DNA from: Dimorphilus gyrociliatus
Taxonomy: Eukaryota > Animalia > Annelida
Length of the DNA: 64,000 nucleotides
Assembly (NCBI GenBank): GCA_904063045.1
Contig: CAJFCJ010000092.1
Location: 7,833-71,832, forward strand
Direction: 5' to 3'
Below the pieces are notes generated by a model. The model did no database searches. It saw nothing but the letters and a program-made list of their open reading frames with translations, and was not told the origin of the DNA. The translations under genes were made by a program, and so were the position numbers. Below, piece by piece: positions 36,901 to 47,297 of this stretch (position 1 is the first letter of the stretch; each line of letters opens with the position of its first letter).

Positions 36901-38481
36901 TCAGAGGAAAATATTGATTGTANACATTTCAAGAACGTCATCGTCAATCCGCTGAAAGACATGATCATTTGAGACAGTTTCGATATTATGATTATTCCAA
37001 TGTAAATGAATTTGTTCATCATCAAAAGTACTTCCTTCAAATTCTATATATAAATTAGACTCCAGTTGAACTCTCCATTCAAAACGCGATGATTGAACTG
37101 AATTACTGCAATTAGCCATTTCAAGCAATATTCTAAATTTTGTACTATTGTAAGAGTGAACTTTGACACCATCCGTGAAATACAATGAAATTTCCTTCTC
37201 ATTTTCAACCTCATCAACGTTGAAACTTTTAAAGAAGGATGTAGGCCTAAAACACCTGCCAAACTGATTATTCTGTTAAAAAGATAAAAAAGATAATAAT
37301 TTTGATTATTATTATTGAAAGAAAAATATGTAAATATTTACCGGATGTTGCGGAATTATTCTTAAAATTGCGCAATCGTTATCGACTATATCGCCATAAA
37401 CATAAAATTTTAGTAGATCTTCGCTTTCTTGATTAACTATAATATATTCACAGAAACTGTTGAATGAAATTTCTATATAACTCTTATGCCATTTAGCAAT
37501 CTCTACTTTATCATATTTTTCCTTTTCCTTATGATAAACGCAAATATTCTTTCTACTCGAAGACAGAAATGGAATTCTAAGTGAACACATTTGTTTAAAC
37601 CTCTGTCCATCGGGTCTACAAACTATAGATTTAACAAACAGTTTCTTAGTCCTACATCGTCTTTTCAACTTTAAAATTTCGTCGACTGTCCAGATTTTAT
37701 CTGTTAATGAAATCTCTACAGGAGATTCTGTTGCATTTTCAGGAAAACTCATTTCAGCGAAAGGACACTTTAACACCATTGACTTCATCTCATACAAACA
37801 ACGACAGGTAGAACTTTGAAAAAAGTCTTTGTTCAAGTCCATGATAATAATTTCTAAAGATTGCAACGAGGATTTTGGTTGCGCCATAGACATTTTTAAA
37901 GATCCTAGCGATTTGGATGAAATACCGGAAGTAGAAAATTCATACTCAAAATTCAATCCTAAAAAGCTATGCAAACCAGTTCTACTAAGAATGATACTAT
38001 CTACTTTTTCTTTTCCAGTAGATGTTTGCAGGTGGAGAAAAAAGCGTAAATTTTCCTCTTCTTTAGGCAATTCAAATTGACGAATGACTATAACATTTGA
38101 AGTAGGCTTTTTGTTTCTTCCTGTACAAATTGTGAAAGTTAAATGGCCATTGATACTCTTATCCGTTACGATGGCCTTTTTCCTTGTAACGAAAAGGAAA
38201 ACTGCAGATGAATGTTGACATATTTCTCCTGTCTCGTTTTGATATTTTATTGGTTCATCATTTCTGTTAATTCTCTTTACGGCTGATTTTTCTAATTTTC
38301 TTTTTCTAACGTTATTAACCTTAGGACGGGATTTGCAGTTAGGACTAATGACTTTGTAAATATTTGTAGTAATTGATTGATTGTTGTCCATGAAATGTGC
38401 CATTTTCGTATTTTCTCTTTTAATCAATATGCCGAACGGTAATAATAGAAATATTACTAGATAAAAGATGATAGAAAACAT
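36901..38481 (-). CDS. Ectodomain-less paralog: N-terminal TM/signal-anchor + ZU5 + UPA-like, death domain absent or disrupted; exons 38481-37342, 37272-36901
   Basis: Collinear similarity to ORFs 40075..41334 and 39307..39987 (LKCPFAEMSFPENATESPVEISL vs LKCPFAQLSIPDDATNSPVEISL; NNQFGRCFRPTSF vs KNQFHTCFVPQSF), with the same phase-0 intron. An in-frame TAA lies 6 nt before the ATG. There is an ambiguous base N at 36923. Confidence 0.75.
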
Positions 38482-38495
38482 GGATTATGCTAAGG

Positions 38496-38498
<3 letters not shown>

Positions 38499-38526
<28 letters not shown>
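38499..38526. repeat. (AG)n microsatellite, which forms the polypyrimidine tract of an acceptor on the minus strand
   Basis: Perfect AG dinucleotide run, followed on the minus strand by cttatccttag. Confidence 0.9.
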
Positions 38527-38529
<3 letters not shown>

Positions 38530-39306
38530 TTTTAGTTTGTACTCACGTATTAAAAAGGCAGCTTTAAAAAGTTAATACAGCGTGTGCTTTAAAATCGAAA
38601 AATTGTGTTATAGGTTGAATTGCCTTCTTCAACAAGAAATTCAAATGATCCTGGACACTTTTGTCAAAATCTATTTAAATAATAAAAACTTTACTAAGAC
38701 CAAGTAAAATTTTGGCTGTTGACATGTTTTTTTTGGTTCATTAGGCCTAAGTGTTTATCTTGTAAAATTTGCAATTCTTTTTAAGTAGTCATTATTTGGC
38801 AGAGAGTCAGTTTGTTCTTGGTGTTTCCACAGAACAAATTCAAAATGGCTGACCTGAACAAAAATAGCGTCTGTATGTCATATAATAAAACAAAAATTAA
38901 TTTGTTCATTTCTTGATTTTCTCATGTCAAATAGTTACAACTATGTCCATAATTTCCCACATAATGGGTACGATTTCACCCGCATTAATTTTTGGCCTAG
39001 TTCTTGACCTATATTTGTGGATTGTGTTGAAAAAAATTATTCCTACACTTACTAGTTTTTGCGGAAGGTGACTGCCAACCTTTTGATGAGATATTTCGGA
39101 AATCAATAACACTTGAGAGTGGAAAAATGCCTTAAAATTTGTCGACTATTCTCTCAAAAGACGCAAGGTTTTTAGGTGGTTATAAACCTCATTATAATAT
39201 GTTTTAGTGATTATAGAAATGTTTCGAACCGGAAGTTTTATTTAATAAAATGACTCACTAGATGGGGATCAATTCATTTATTTATACTAAAATTTATGTC
39301 TGTCTA

Positions 39307-42063
39307 TTAATCAATAATCAATGAAATAGACTCTGGTGGTTTTACCTGGTAATCATTATCATATAAGGTGAATAATTTCAAGAGTTTCTCTACTTGCGGA
39401 TACATGTTAAACTTTGTAACAAGTTCCCTTTCGCTGTATTCTAAACTGTATATTAAATTTTTTCTCGTAATTTTCTTCCAAAGATAATTTCTAATTTCTT
39501 TTAAACAACTAAATCTCGATAGGCGTAAAGATGGAATTCCTGGAAAACTTTTACAGCAATTAAAGAAATTTCCACCTCCAATAACGCAAACAAACAATTT
39601 AAAAGTCATTTCTGAATATTTATCATGCGCCATTTGAAAAATCATTTTTTCAGTAATATAATTAAAATGAACAGAGTGAAGAGGAGAAGTTTCGTTAAAA
39701 GTCGTATCAGATATATTTGTCCAATTCAGCAAAATTGTCTCGAAATCTTCATTATTTTCCCCTAATTGGAGTGAGAAAGTAACCCGTCTCTCAGGATTAA
39801 ATTTTTCAATGATTTCTTCTAAATTGAAAATTTCAGGACTAACCGAATGAGGATAATTCTTACTTTCTTTCTTTTCTATCTCAAAGTAAACGGTTTTAAT
39901 TTGTTCAATCTGTTGACTTGCATCTTTATCATGAGATACTAATGCAATTTTTCTTTCATTTTCCACATCAACATTAAATTTTTTCATAAACGATTGAGGT
40001 ACGAAGCAAGTATGGAATTGATTTTTCTGAAAATGTCCAATTTATCGTTTTATATTCATAGTTTTAATAAATTTTCATTTCCCTACCTGAATTTGAGGAG
40101 AAATTTTTAAAATCGCCTTATCTTCGTCAACTTTATCACCGTAGACATAGAATTTTATCATATTTCTTCCTTCGTTATTGACGATAATATATTCGTTAAA
40201 GTCAGTAATATGAATTTCTATAAAGCTAGCATCCCAGATCACATTTTCAACTTTTAGCAGACATTTATCATTTTTATGATATACAGAAACACGTTCAGGC
40301 ATTGAAGACAGAAATGGAATCTTTAGCATGCACACTTTGTTAAATCTTTGTTCATCTGCTTTACATATTAGATGTTTAATAAATATTTGATCATCATTTC
40401 CTTTTCTAATATTATCTATATCAGGAATAGCTTCGTCGTCTTTGTAGATTTTCTCATGTAATGAAATCTCTACCGGAGAATTTGTCGCGTCGTCGGGAAT
40501 ACTTAATTGAGCAAATGGACATTTTAAAGTAGTTGATATCTTATCATACCAGAAATGAAAACTAGGATTTTCGAGTAGATCTTTATTCAAATCGATATCA
40601 ATAGTTTTAAAATTATCCACTGACGATTTCAGTAGATTTATTGATAGTTTTAACGAATCTCGTGAGCCATCTGATCCGCTAACATTGTATTTGCGAATAT
40701 TGAAATTGTATTGAAACGTTTCGACTAATGATAGATCAAGGCGAGTTCTATCAATAGAGATTTCTTGTGTATCATATTCTTCATTCGATATTTGCCGATT
40801 GATTGAAAAGACTAAATTTTCAGCAGTACTGGATAATTTAAAACTACGAATGGCTATGATGTTGGATAATTGCATATTTTCTGTACAAACGTTAAATGTT
40901 AATTTTCCCTTAACAGAACCATTTTCCTCAACAGTCAATTCATTTGTAACAAACAGAAGAACTTGAAGATCAAATTTGCTCTTTTCCATTATAAAAGTTT
41001 CTTTAAAATCAAAGAAATGAATTATTGGGATAATGTCATCAGTCTTGGATTGAAGTTTTACACATATACCAATCTTTTTCTGCAGTTCAGAACTAGTTTG
41101 ACAAGTGACAGTAATTTTCTGACAATCTTGTTGAAATTCACTTTTCATGCTAACTGTTAAAAAGTCTTGGTCAAGATATGATTTAACATCGTAAAGAAAA
41201 ATTCCAGACGAATGCCGAAATATGCCGTTATTTTCTGATAAATCAATATTCAGAGTCTTTTTAACAATTTTACTCCCATTGGAAATGTTTGACAATTCTA
41301 TATCTTTCAGCAGAGATTGGCTTTCGCCGATCATCGAGGCTTTAAAAAAGGAACTATGTTTTTAAAAATTATTATAGGAAGATATTCACCTTCTCCTCCT
41401 TCTTCCATCATTGAGGTTTCAAGAGATTTGCATCTGCACAATTTTTTTTTCGCTCTTGCATAATATAAAAACAAGAAAACCATAAAAACCACAAATAATA
41501 TCATGAGAAGTAAAATGATTAAAATTTGATAAAGGTGTGTTGCTGTTGAATTAAAAAGATGAAAAAACGAGTTTGAGCTATAAGAATATGTTCAACTTAC
41601 ACGATTCATTATTGTTGTCTTCCACTTGCAGGCATTTGTTTAGATCTATCCTATATCTGTAATTGCTGTTTGTACAACTGCACAAAGTGTCTTCCTTGGA
41701 ATTTCCCTCTTTGAGGACAGTCTCAAATAATCCATTACAAAGTCGTCTATTTCATCAATTGAACAATGAAATCTATTTACGTTTTACGTGTCTTTATTTT
41801 ACAAACCTTTCACGACATTTTCGAATTAGCCAATAAGATTTGGATAATTCATCAATTAAGATTCTACTTCCTTGTATGTCGTTAAAATATCCGGGTCTAC
41901 ATTCTCTGCACGAATTGCCAATACTGTTATTGTTGCAGGGAGACGGTTCAAAACCTACATCGCAGACTATTTGTTGGCAATTTCCTATTTTTCTTGAATT
42001 GGCTGCGACTGATTGAAATTGAATTCTTACTAAATGTATCCATAGTAAAACAGCCGGAGACAT
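39307..42063 (-). CDS. TNFR-like ectodomain + TM + ZU5/UPA + death-domain-like receptor, 842 aa; exons 42063-41807, 41746-41601, 41542-41390, 41339-40087, 40026-39307
   Basis: Exon lengths 257+146+153+1253+720 = 2529 nt, stop-free with GT-AG introns. It has a signal peptide, CRDs CDVGFEPSPC...CRECRPGYFND and LCNG...GNSKEDTLCSC, and TM ILIILLLMILFVVFMVFLFLYY. The ZU5-like segment is LSIPDDATNSPVEISL...CKADEQRFNKVCMLKIPF...DFNEYIIV, and the death-domain-like end is YLWKKITRKNLIYSLEYSERELVTKF. Confidence 0.85.
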
Positions 42064-42354
42064 TTCAATATAATAATTTAGACATCAAAAATAAGAATTA
42101 ATGTCTGTCTCTTATAACCATTGAATTTATGGTTGATATTGAACAGAAGTAACAATTACTGCGATTCATATGAGTGGTTATAATTCAATTTTTAGGGAGC
42201 ATATATTATTCTCATAAATACTATTGTAATTTATTAATTTGGAATCTCCCTAAATATTTTTGTCTAGTGTTTTTTTTTTATTATTGTGAAAAGCAATACT
42301 TGATTATTCAAATTTAACTTTTAAACCTTTTCCAACATCCTTTAGTAAGTCAGT

Positions 42355-42600
42355 AGGGTTTTCTTTCAGCTCTACTTCCTCATTTATCGTTAAAGCTTCG
42401 TGGCTTACATTTTACGCAAGAGTCCCAAGAGCTATTGGTGATGGTTTATAACCAATTTTGCAACACAACTTCTGTCCAGTTGTGATCATTTTTGTTTTCC
42501 AAACAAAACTTTGTTGCTGATGGTAAATATCTTGATGGTATCTGTAGCGCCATCTGTTATTAAATAAAGTCATAATAAACAAACTACTGGTTATAAACAT
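42355..42600 (-). pseudogene. Pseudogenised TNFR-like first exon
   Basis: KLCCKIGYKPSP [frameshift] NSSWDSCVKCKPRSFNDK*GSR aligns with QIVCDVGFEPSPCNNNSIGNSCRECRPGYFNDIQGSR of the neighbouring gene. Confidence 0.75.
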
Positions 42601-43574
42601 TTACTAAGTATAATATCTCTTTAGATTGCATTTAGTAAAGTAGAGAATTTCCTATGGTTATTATAATCATATATAACAATTCAAAAAACTTATAACCATA
42701 GATTTTATTGATGTAACTCTTTTTTTTATACAACCATATTCGGACGGGAGCCATACGATAATTAGAATTTCACTTAAGAAATGATAAAGGTCATTGAATA
42801 TTAAAAGTATAGATAGAACAAACAAACAAATTTCGTCCATCAGATAAAGTTTTTATTTGCACTTGTATTAGCAGGACCTCAGTACAGTGGATGAATCTGT
42901 TATCAGAATTGGATCATTATCTGAATGAGTTATATCAATAGTTTTTCTCTCCAAAGAATCTGAACCATGCTTCCATTCCCACTTCCTTTCTATGTCATTG
43001 TTTTCAGAAGAGCTTGAGAATTCATTTAGACCATGATTATCATTAGTATTGTAACCAGTATCAGGTTTTATAATTTCTATATCTGAGTCCTTACTATCTG
43101 AGATTTCTGATGGAGTGCCATGGTTTAGGGCACGTTGTTCCATCATTACTATACTGACTTTGCTTTGTTGAGGTTGCCTTATTCTTTTAGCTAGGTTCCC
43201 TTTCCTGCTATCAAATTGCAGACAACAATGTTTTGCTTCAAAATTAAGGTTTGCTCCTACACTTTGTAGGAAATCAAAACCAAATATTATTAAGGTAAAA
43301 TGATTGGATTGAAACAGTGAAGACTTAAATATTTGTAGGTTTGTCTCCAATATCCAATCACCACTTTACAGTTGGTGAAAAGGAATTTGAAAAATCTCTT
43401 TTGGATAAGGTGTTTTGCAATTCCAAAAATTTCCGACAAAATAGAACTTTTTTGAAAGTTCCATTATTGAAATTCGCAAATATAGACACATTACTTATTT
43501 TTTTGTGTACAATCAGTTTATTATTCATGAGTAGTATTCAATATTGTAATTAACACTGAAAGGAAACATCAAAC

Positions 43575-43780
43575 GGATACGACAGAAAACATCCCCAAAT
43601 GCACAGTTTAACCCTAACCCTAACCTAGCCCTTGTCTCTCCTTAACCTTTTTGATTGCTCCTAACCCTTAGATGGAACCTCCTTAATTATAAATCAATAG
43701 CTATTTTACTCCTCTTAACCAGTTTTCAATCCGAAATATTGCTTTCAAAAATCTCATTTGGGTACATTTTCAATCAGCAG
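43575..43780. mobile_element. ~206-bp MITE-like insertion present only in duplication copy A
   Basis: Absent at the orthologous site in copy B (aacatcgaac/acgtggttag at ~62651-62670). Flanked by CAAAC direct repeats (43570-43574, 43781-43785), with subterminal inverted repeats aaaacatccccaaatg / catttgggtacatttt and an internal aaccctaaccctaacc. Confidence 0.75.
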
Positions 43781-43860
43781 CAAACACATGGTTAGATTTA
43801 TAATATCGATTAGTAGCAGAGTGATTTATTCATCCCTCTTCATTGAAAATATATTTCTTT

Positions 43861-44722
43861 TTACATTAAACTACTGTTCTTTCCATTCTATAATATCCCT
43901 AAAAATATAATTATTGCAATTTTATTAAAATATATATAGGACTACTAACTGTATCTCCAAACATGAATATTTTTGTACCATAATAGGCTTTAGCAGCAAT
44001 ATAACCCCAATTTTCATACAACTTTTTAGCTCTTTCATTGTGATGTGCAACTAACAAACATACTTTCTATAAAGAAAGAAGATGAATTTTTAAATAATCA
44101 ACTAAGGAAATCTAACTTTTAATCCTCTGCCTTTTGCTTCTTCATCAGCAGCATTTAAGAGAATTTTCCCGATACCTTTGCCCCTGCACTGGCTATCAAC
44201 AACTAAATGATCAATAATACATTCATCATCCTTCATTGTATATAAATATTCCAACATTCCAGAAGAGAGAATAACTTTAAATACAGATTTGAATGATATA
44301 TCTGCACGATAATTGCCATATTTCATTGGTTTAACACTAGATATTTTTTTGTAAGAAAGTATTATGTTCATTCATTTTAAAGTGAAAAAAAAATGTACAA
44401 ACTGTGGATATTTCATTTGACAAATTCCAACAATTTTTCCATTTTCTTCTGCAACTAATGTATTTGGAATTACTGTCTCAGCAACTCTAAAATCGTGAAT
44501 GAATAATTTTCTGACTTCATCCATCTCTTCTTCTCTGAATGTATATTTCCATTTAAAAGGAAAACCTTGTAAAAATAAATCCACAATTCTCTCAATGTCA
44601 TCATCATTTGCCTGTCTGACTGTAATATTAGGATTATCTATAATCTTATTGGATTTTACTATTTGACAATTTTCATCAATATCCAATTGCACAGTTTTGA
44701 AAAACAATTTAAAAAACCACAT
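43861..44722 (-). CDS. GNAT-family N-acetyltransferase, copy A (4 exons)
   Basis: ITVRQANDDDIERI, VAEENGKIVG, motif A VDSQCRGKGIGKILL, and motif B NERAKKLYENWGY in an unlisted exon. GT-AG introns are in frame, with a stop at 43861-43863. The start could lie further upstream. Confidence 0.88.
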
Positions 44723-45310
44723 TTTGTCTAAAATCTTAATATTTTTGGTGAAAATATCTTTGAAAATGTCTTCTTTAAAAAGTTTGGATACAACTGACTA
44801 CTATTTCAAATTTATAGCCAATAGCAGTTATATGGTACAGTTCGCTTTTTTCAGGTCAACCAAATCAATAGAGCTTGATAGGCCTAGTAATTTTATGACT
44901 AATACTCACGTGCCTACTTAATATTCTATATATCTCGTTTTATAAATTATTTTAGAATATATATTTCTTTGATTTTATACTCTTTTTTTGTATAGTGGAA
45001 GAAAAGGATTAGCAAAGATATGGACAATACAGTTTCTGTTGATTATTTAAACATATTTCTTACATTTTTATCAGAATTCGTAAATTTCAAAAATAGGATA
45101 TCTGGCACTTTTCACGATTTTTTCAGAAAAAACGTATTTTTTGTTATTTAAATAGTAAAATACAAAAACTTAATTAATTGAATATGTTGATTACAAAGTC
45201 ACAATTTGACATGTCGAATTATTGGATTGTAAAATTAATGTTAAGGAAAATAATTTTAATTAATATAGAAAATAGCTGGGTGTTCAAAAATAGGTTACCT
45301 GTACTATATA

Positions 45311-46972
45311 TAGTGGTCGACAAAAAAACCCGGACACCATAAATTTTGATAGGCCAAACATTATAAATCTTTTTCACCAGCAAAAAAGATTTTTTCTTTT
45401 ATTTTTCAGGTATAAAATAGTAGTTTAAAGTTTGATATATACGTGAGTTTCTTTTGAATATCATTTAGATAAGTTTTCACATAAGTGTTTTTGTTTTCTT
45501 ATTATCCATTTTTTGATGATTTTTTTTCTTATTTGGCCATGAGACATTATTACTTGGACGATGGTTTGGGGATTAATATTTTTATTATTTTTGAATATGA
45601 CAACCCTCATTTGCAATACATTTGCTAATCCTACCTCCCATCCCTGCATATAACTTTGGTAGCAAGTCAGGATTTTGACTTATAACCTGGTATGAACATT
45701 TTTTTATTATCCCCCACAGTTCATCCCCAGATTGAAATTGTGCCCCATTGTAAACTAAATTTTTTGTCAGGTGCCACATATTTTCTATAGGGCTCAGGTC
45801 AGGGCTCTTTGCTGGCCAATCAATTGGATTGATACCATTCATTCTAAAGGCCCTCCTAGTTGCTCTTGCTGTGTGGCAGCCTGTGTTATCTTGTTGGAAG
45901 ATGTAATTCCTGCCCATTTTGAGTGATATCTCTTCAATGACAGGAAGAACATCTTCCACAACAAAACAGCTATAATTTTGGGCAGTCAATTTTGTGACTT
46001 ATCCTCCAAACTTCAAATACCCCATCTGAGGTTATTAATCCCCACACCATCACTCCACCTCTTCCCATATTTTTAGTGACTCTAAAATTTTTTTTCACCA
46101 TCTTTTGTCCATGTCCTGAAATCATCAGGCCCACTCAGAGAGAATCTGGCCTCATCTGTGAAAATCACTCTTGACCAGTCCAGATTTTCAGCAATTGTTT
46201 TGAGGCAGTATTCTTTTCTTCTTGCTCAATCCTTAGGTGTGAGATCAACTCTCTGTCTAATCCTTTTATAATTATAATTTTGCCTCTTCATCTCTCTCTG
46301 AATGGTCTTGAGACTCACATAGACCTCTAATTCTGCTAAGACCTTTCCTGCTGTCACCCTTTCCTTATTTCTCTTAAGTCTCTTTACTATTCTTTTTATC
46401 CTCACTATGTCTCTTTCTGTTAGCTTCTTTGTACAACCCCTGTTCTCTTGTTGTGGTGGCTGATATCTCAAAATGTCACTAATGGTAGATGGTGCCATTC
46501 CCAAAGCCCTTGCAGTTGCCCTAATTTTTCCCAATTCTTCGTATTTCTTAAATACTAGATTCCTAACCTCTTTACCCCATGCCATAATTAAGTAAATAGA
46601 ATTTAAAGTTAACTACAGTAATTAAAATAGATCAAAAGTGATTACTTAACTTTGAAAATTAGTTTGGTCAAAAAAAATTTCTGTTTGGGATGTTAATTTG
46701 AATCCAAAACTGGAAACAAAATGGATGTGTGGTTAATAACGTCTCACAGCCAAATATAGAAAAAATTAATTAAAATTAGTAAAAATGTTTTTCCTATTAA
46801 TATTCACAATATGATAATTTTGTCATTTTTTTTCAATATTACAGAAATATAACCCTTTATCAATGTAAATTGCCTAAAAAAACTAATTTCAAACTAAAAA
46901 ACATATTTTTGGGGTGATTTAAAAATTGGCCTATCAAAATTTACAGTGTCCGGGTTTTTTAGTCCACCACTA
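45311..46972 (-). mobile_element. Tc1/Tc3-like DD34E element, full length but with inactivated transposase
   Basis: ~47-bp imperfect TIRs (tagtggtcgacaaaaaaacccggacacc... / ...gtgtccgggttttttagtccaccacta) with TA flanks. HTH, IFTDEARF, and QQDN...SPDLSPIEN with 34-residue spacing. Premature TGA at 46226 plus a frameshift. Confidence 0.93.
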
Positions 46973-47013
46973 TATATATAGTATATAACTCTGTGTGTGT
47001 GTATGTGTGTGTG

Positions 47014-47297
47014 TGTCTTTCAAAAGTTCTGGACTATTAATTATTTTGAATAGTCTTCTGGCATCATCAAATACTTTAAAAGACTTAAATTTATCAATGT
47101 GTCCGCTAACAGATGACTTATTGTTAGAAATTGGGAAAATGCTGGAAGAATTTCCAAGATTTGAAATTGTAGATTTGAGCAGAAATACAGAAATTAGTAT
47201 CAATGGAATATTAAGTGCAATGCATAATTTTGATAGGAAAGAGCAGTACAGTGTATGTAATAGGTATGATTGCAAAATACTAGACATTTTGCTGTAA
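47014..47297 (+). pseudogene. Isolated LRR fragment
   Basis: SSNTLKDLNLSMCPLTD...FEIVDLSRN is RI-like LRR. No start or upstream exon; it begins after (TA)n(TG)n next to the Tc1 end. Confidence 0.5.

Larger units (their letters stand above)
43437..44964. repeat. Segmental duplication copy A (direct repeat of 62535-63838)
   Basis: Essentially identical sequence across the GNAT gene, with visibly more diverged 3' flank. Offset ~18.9 kb. Confidence 0.95.
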
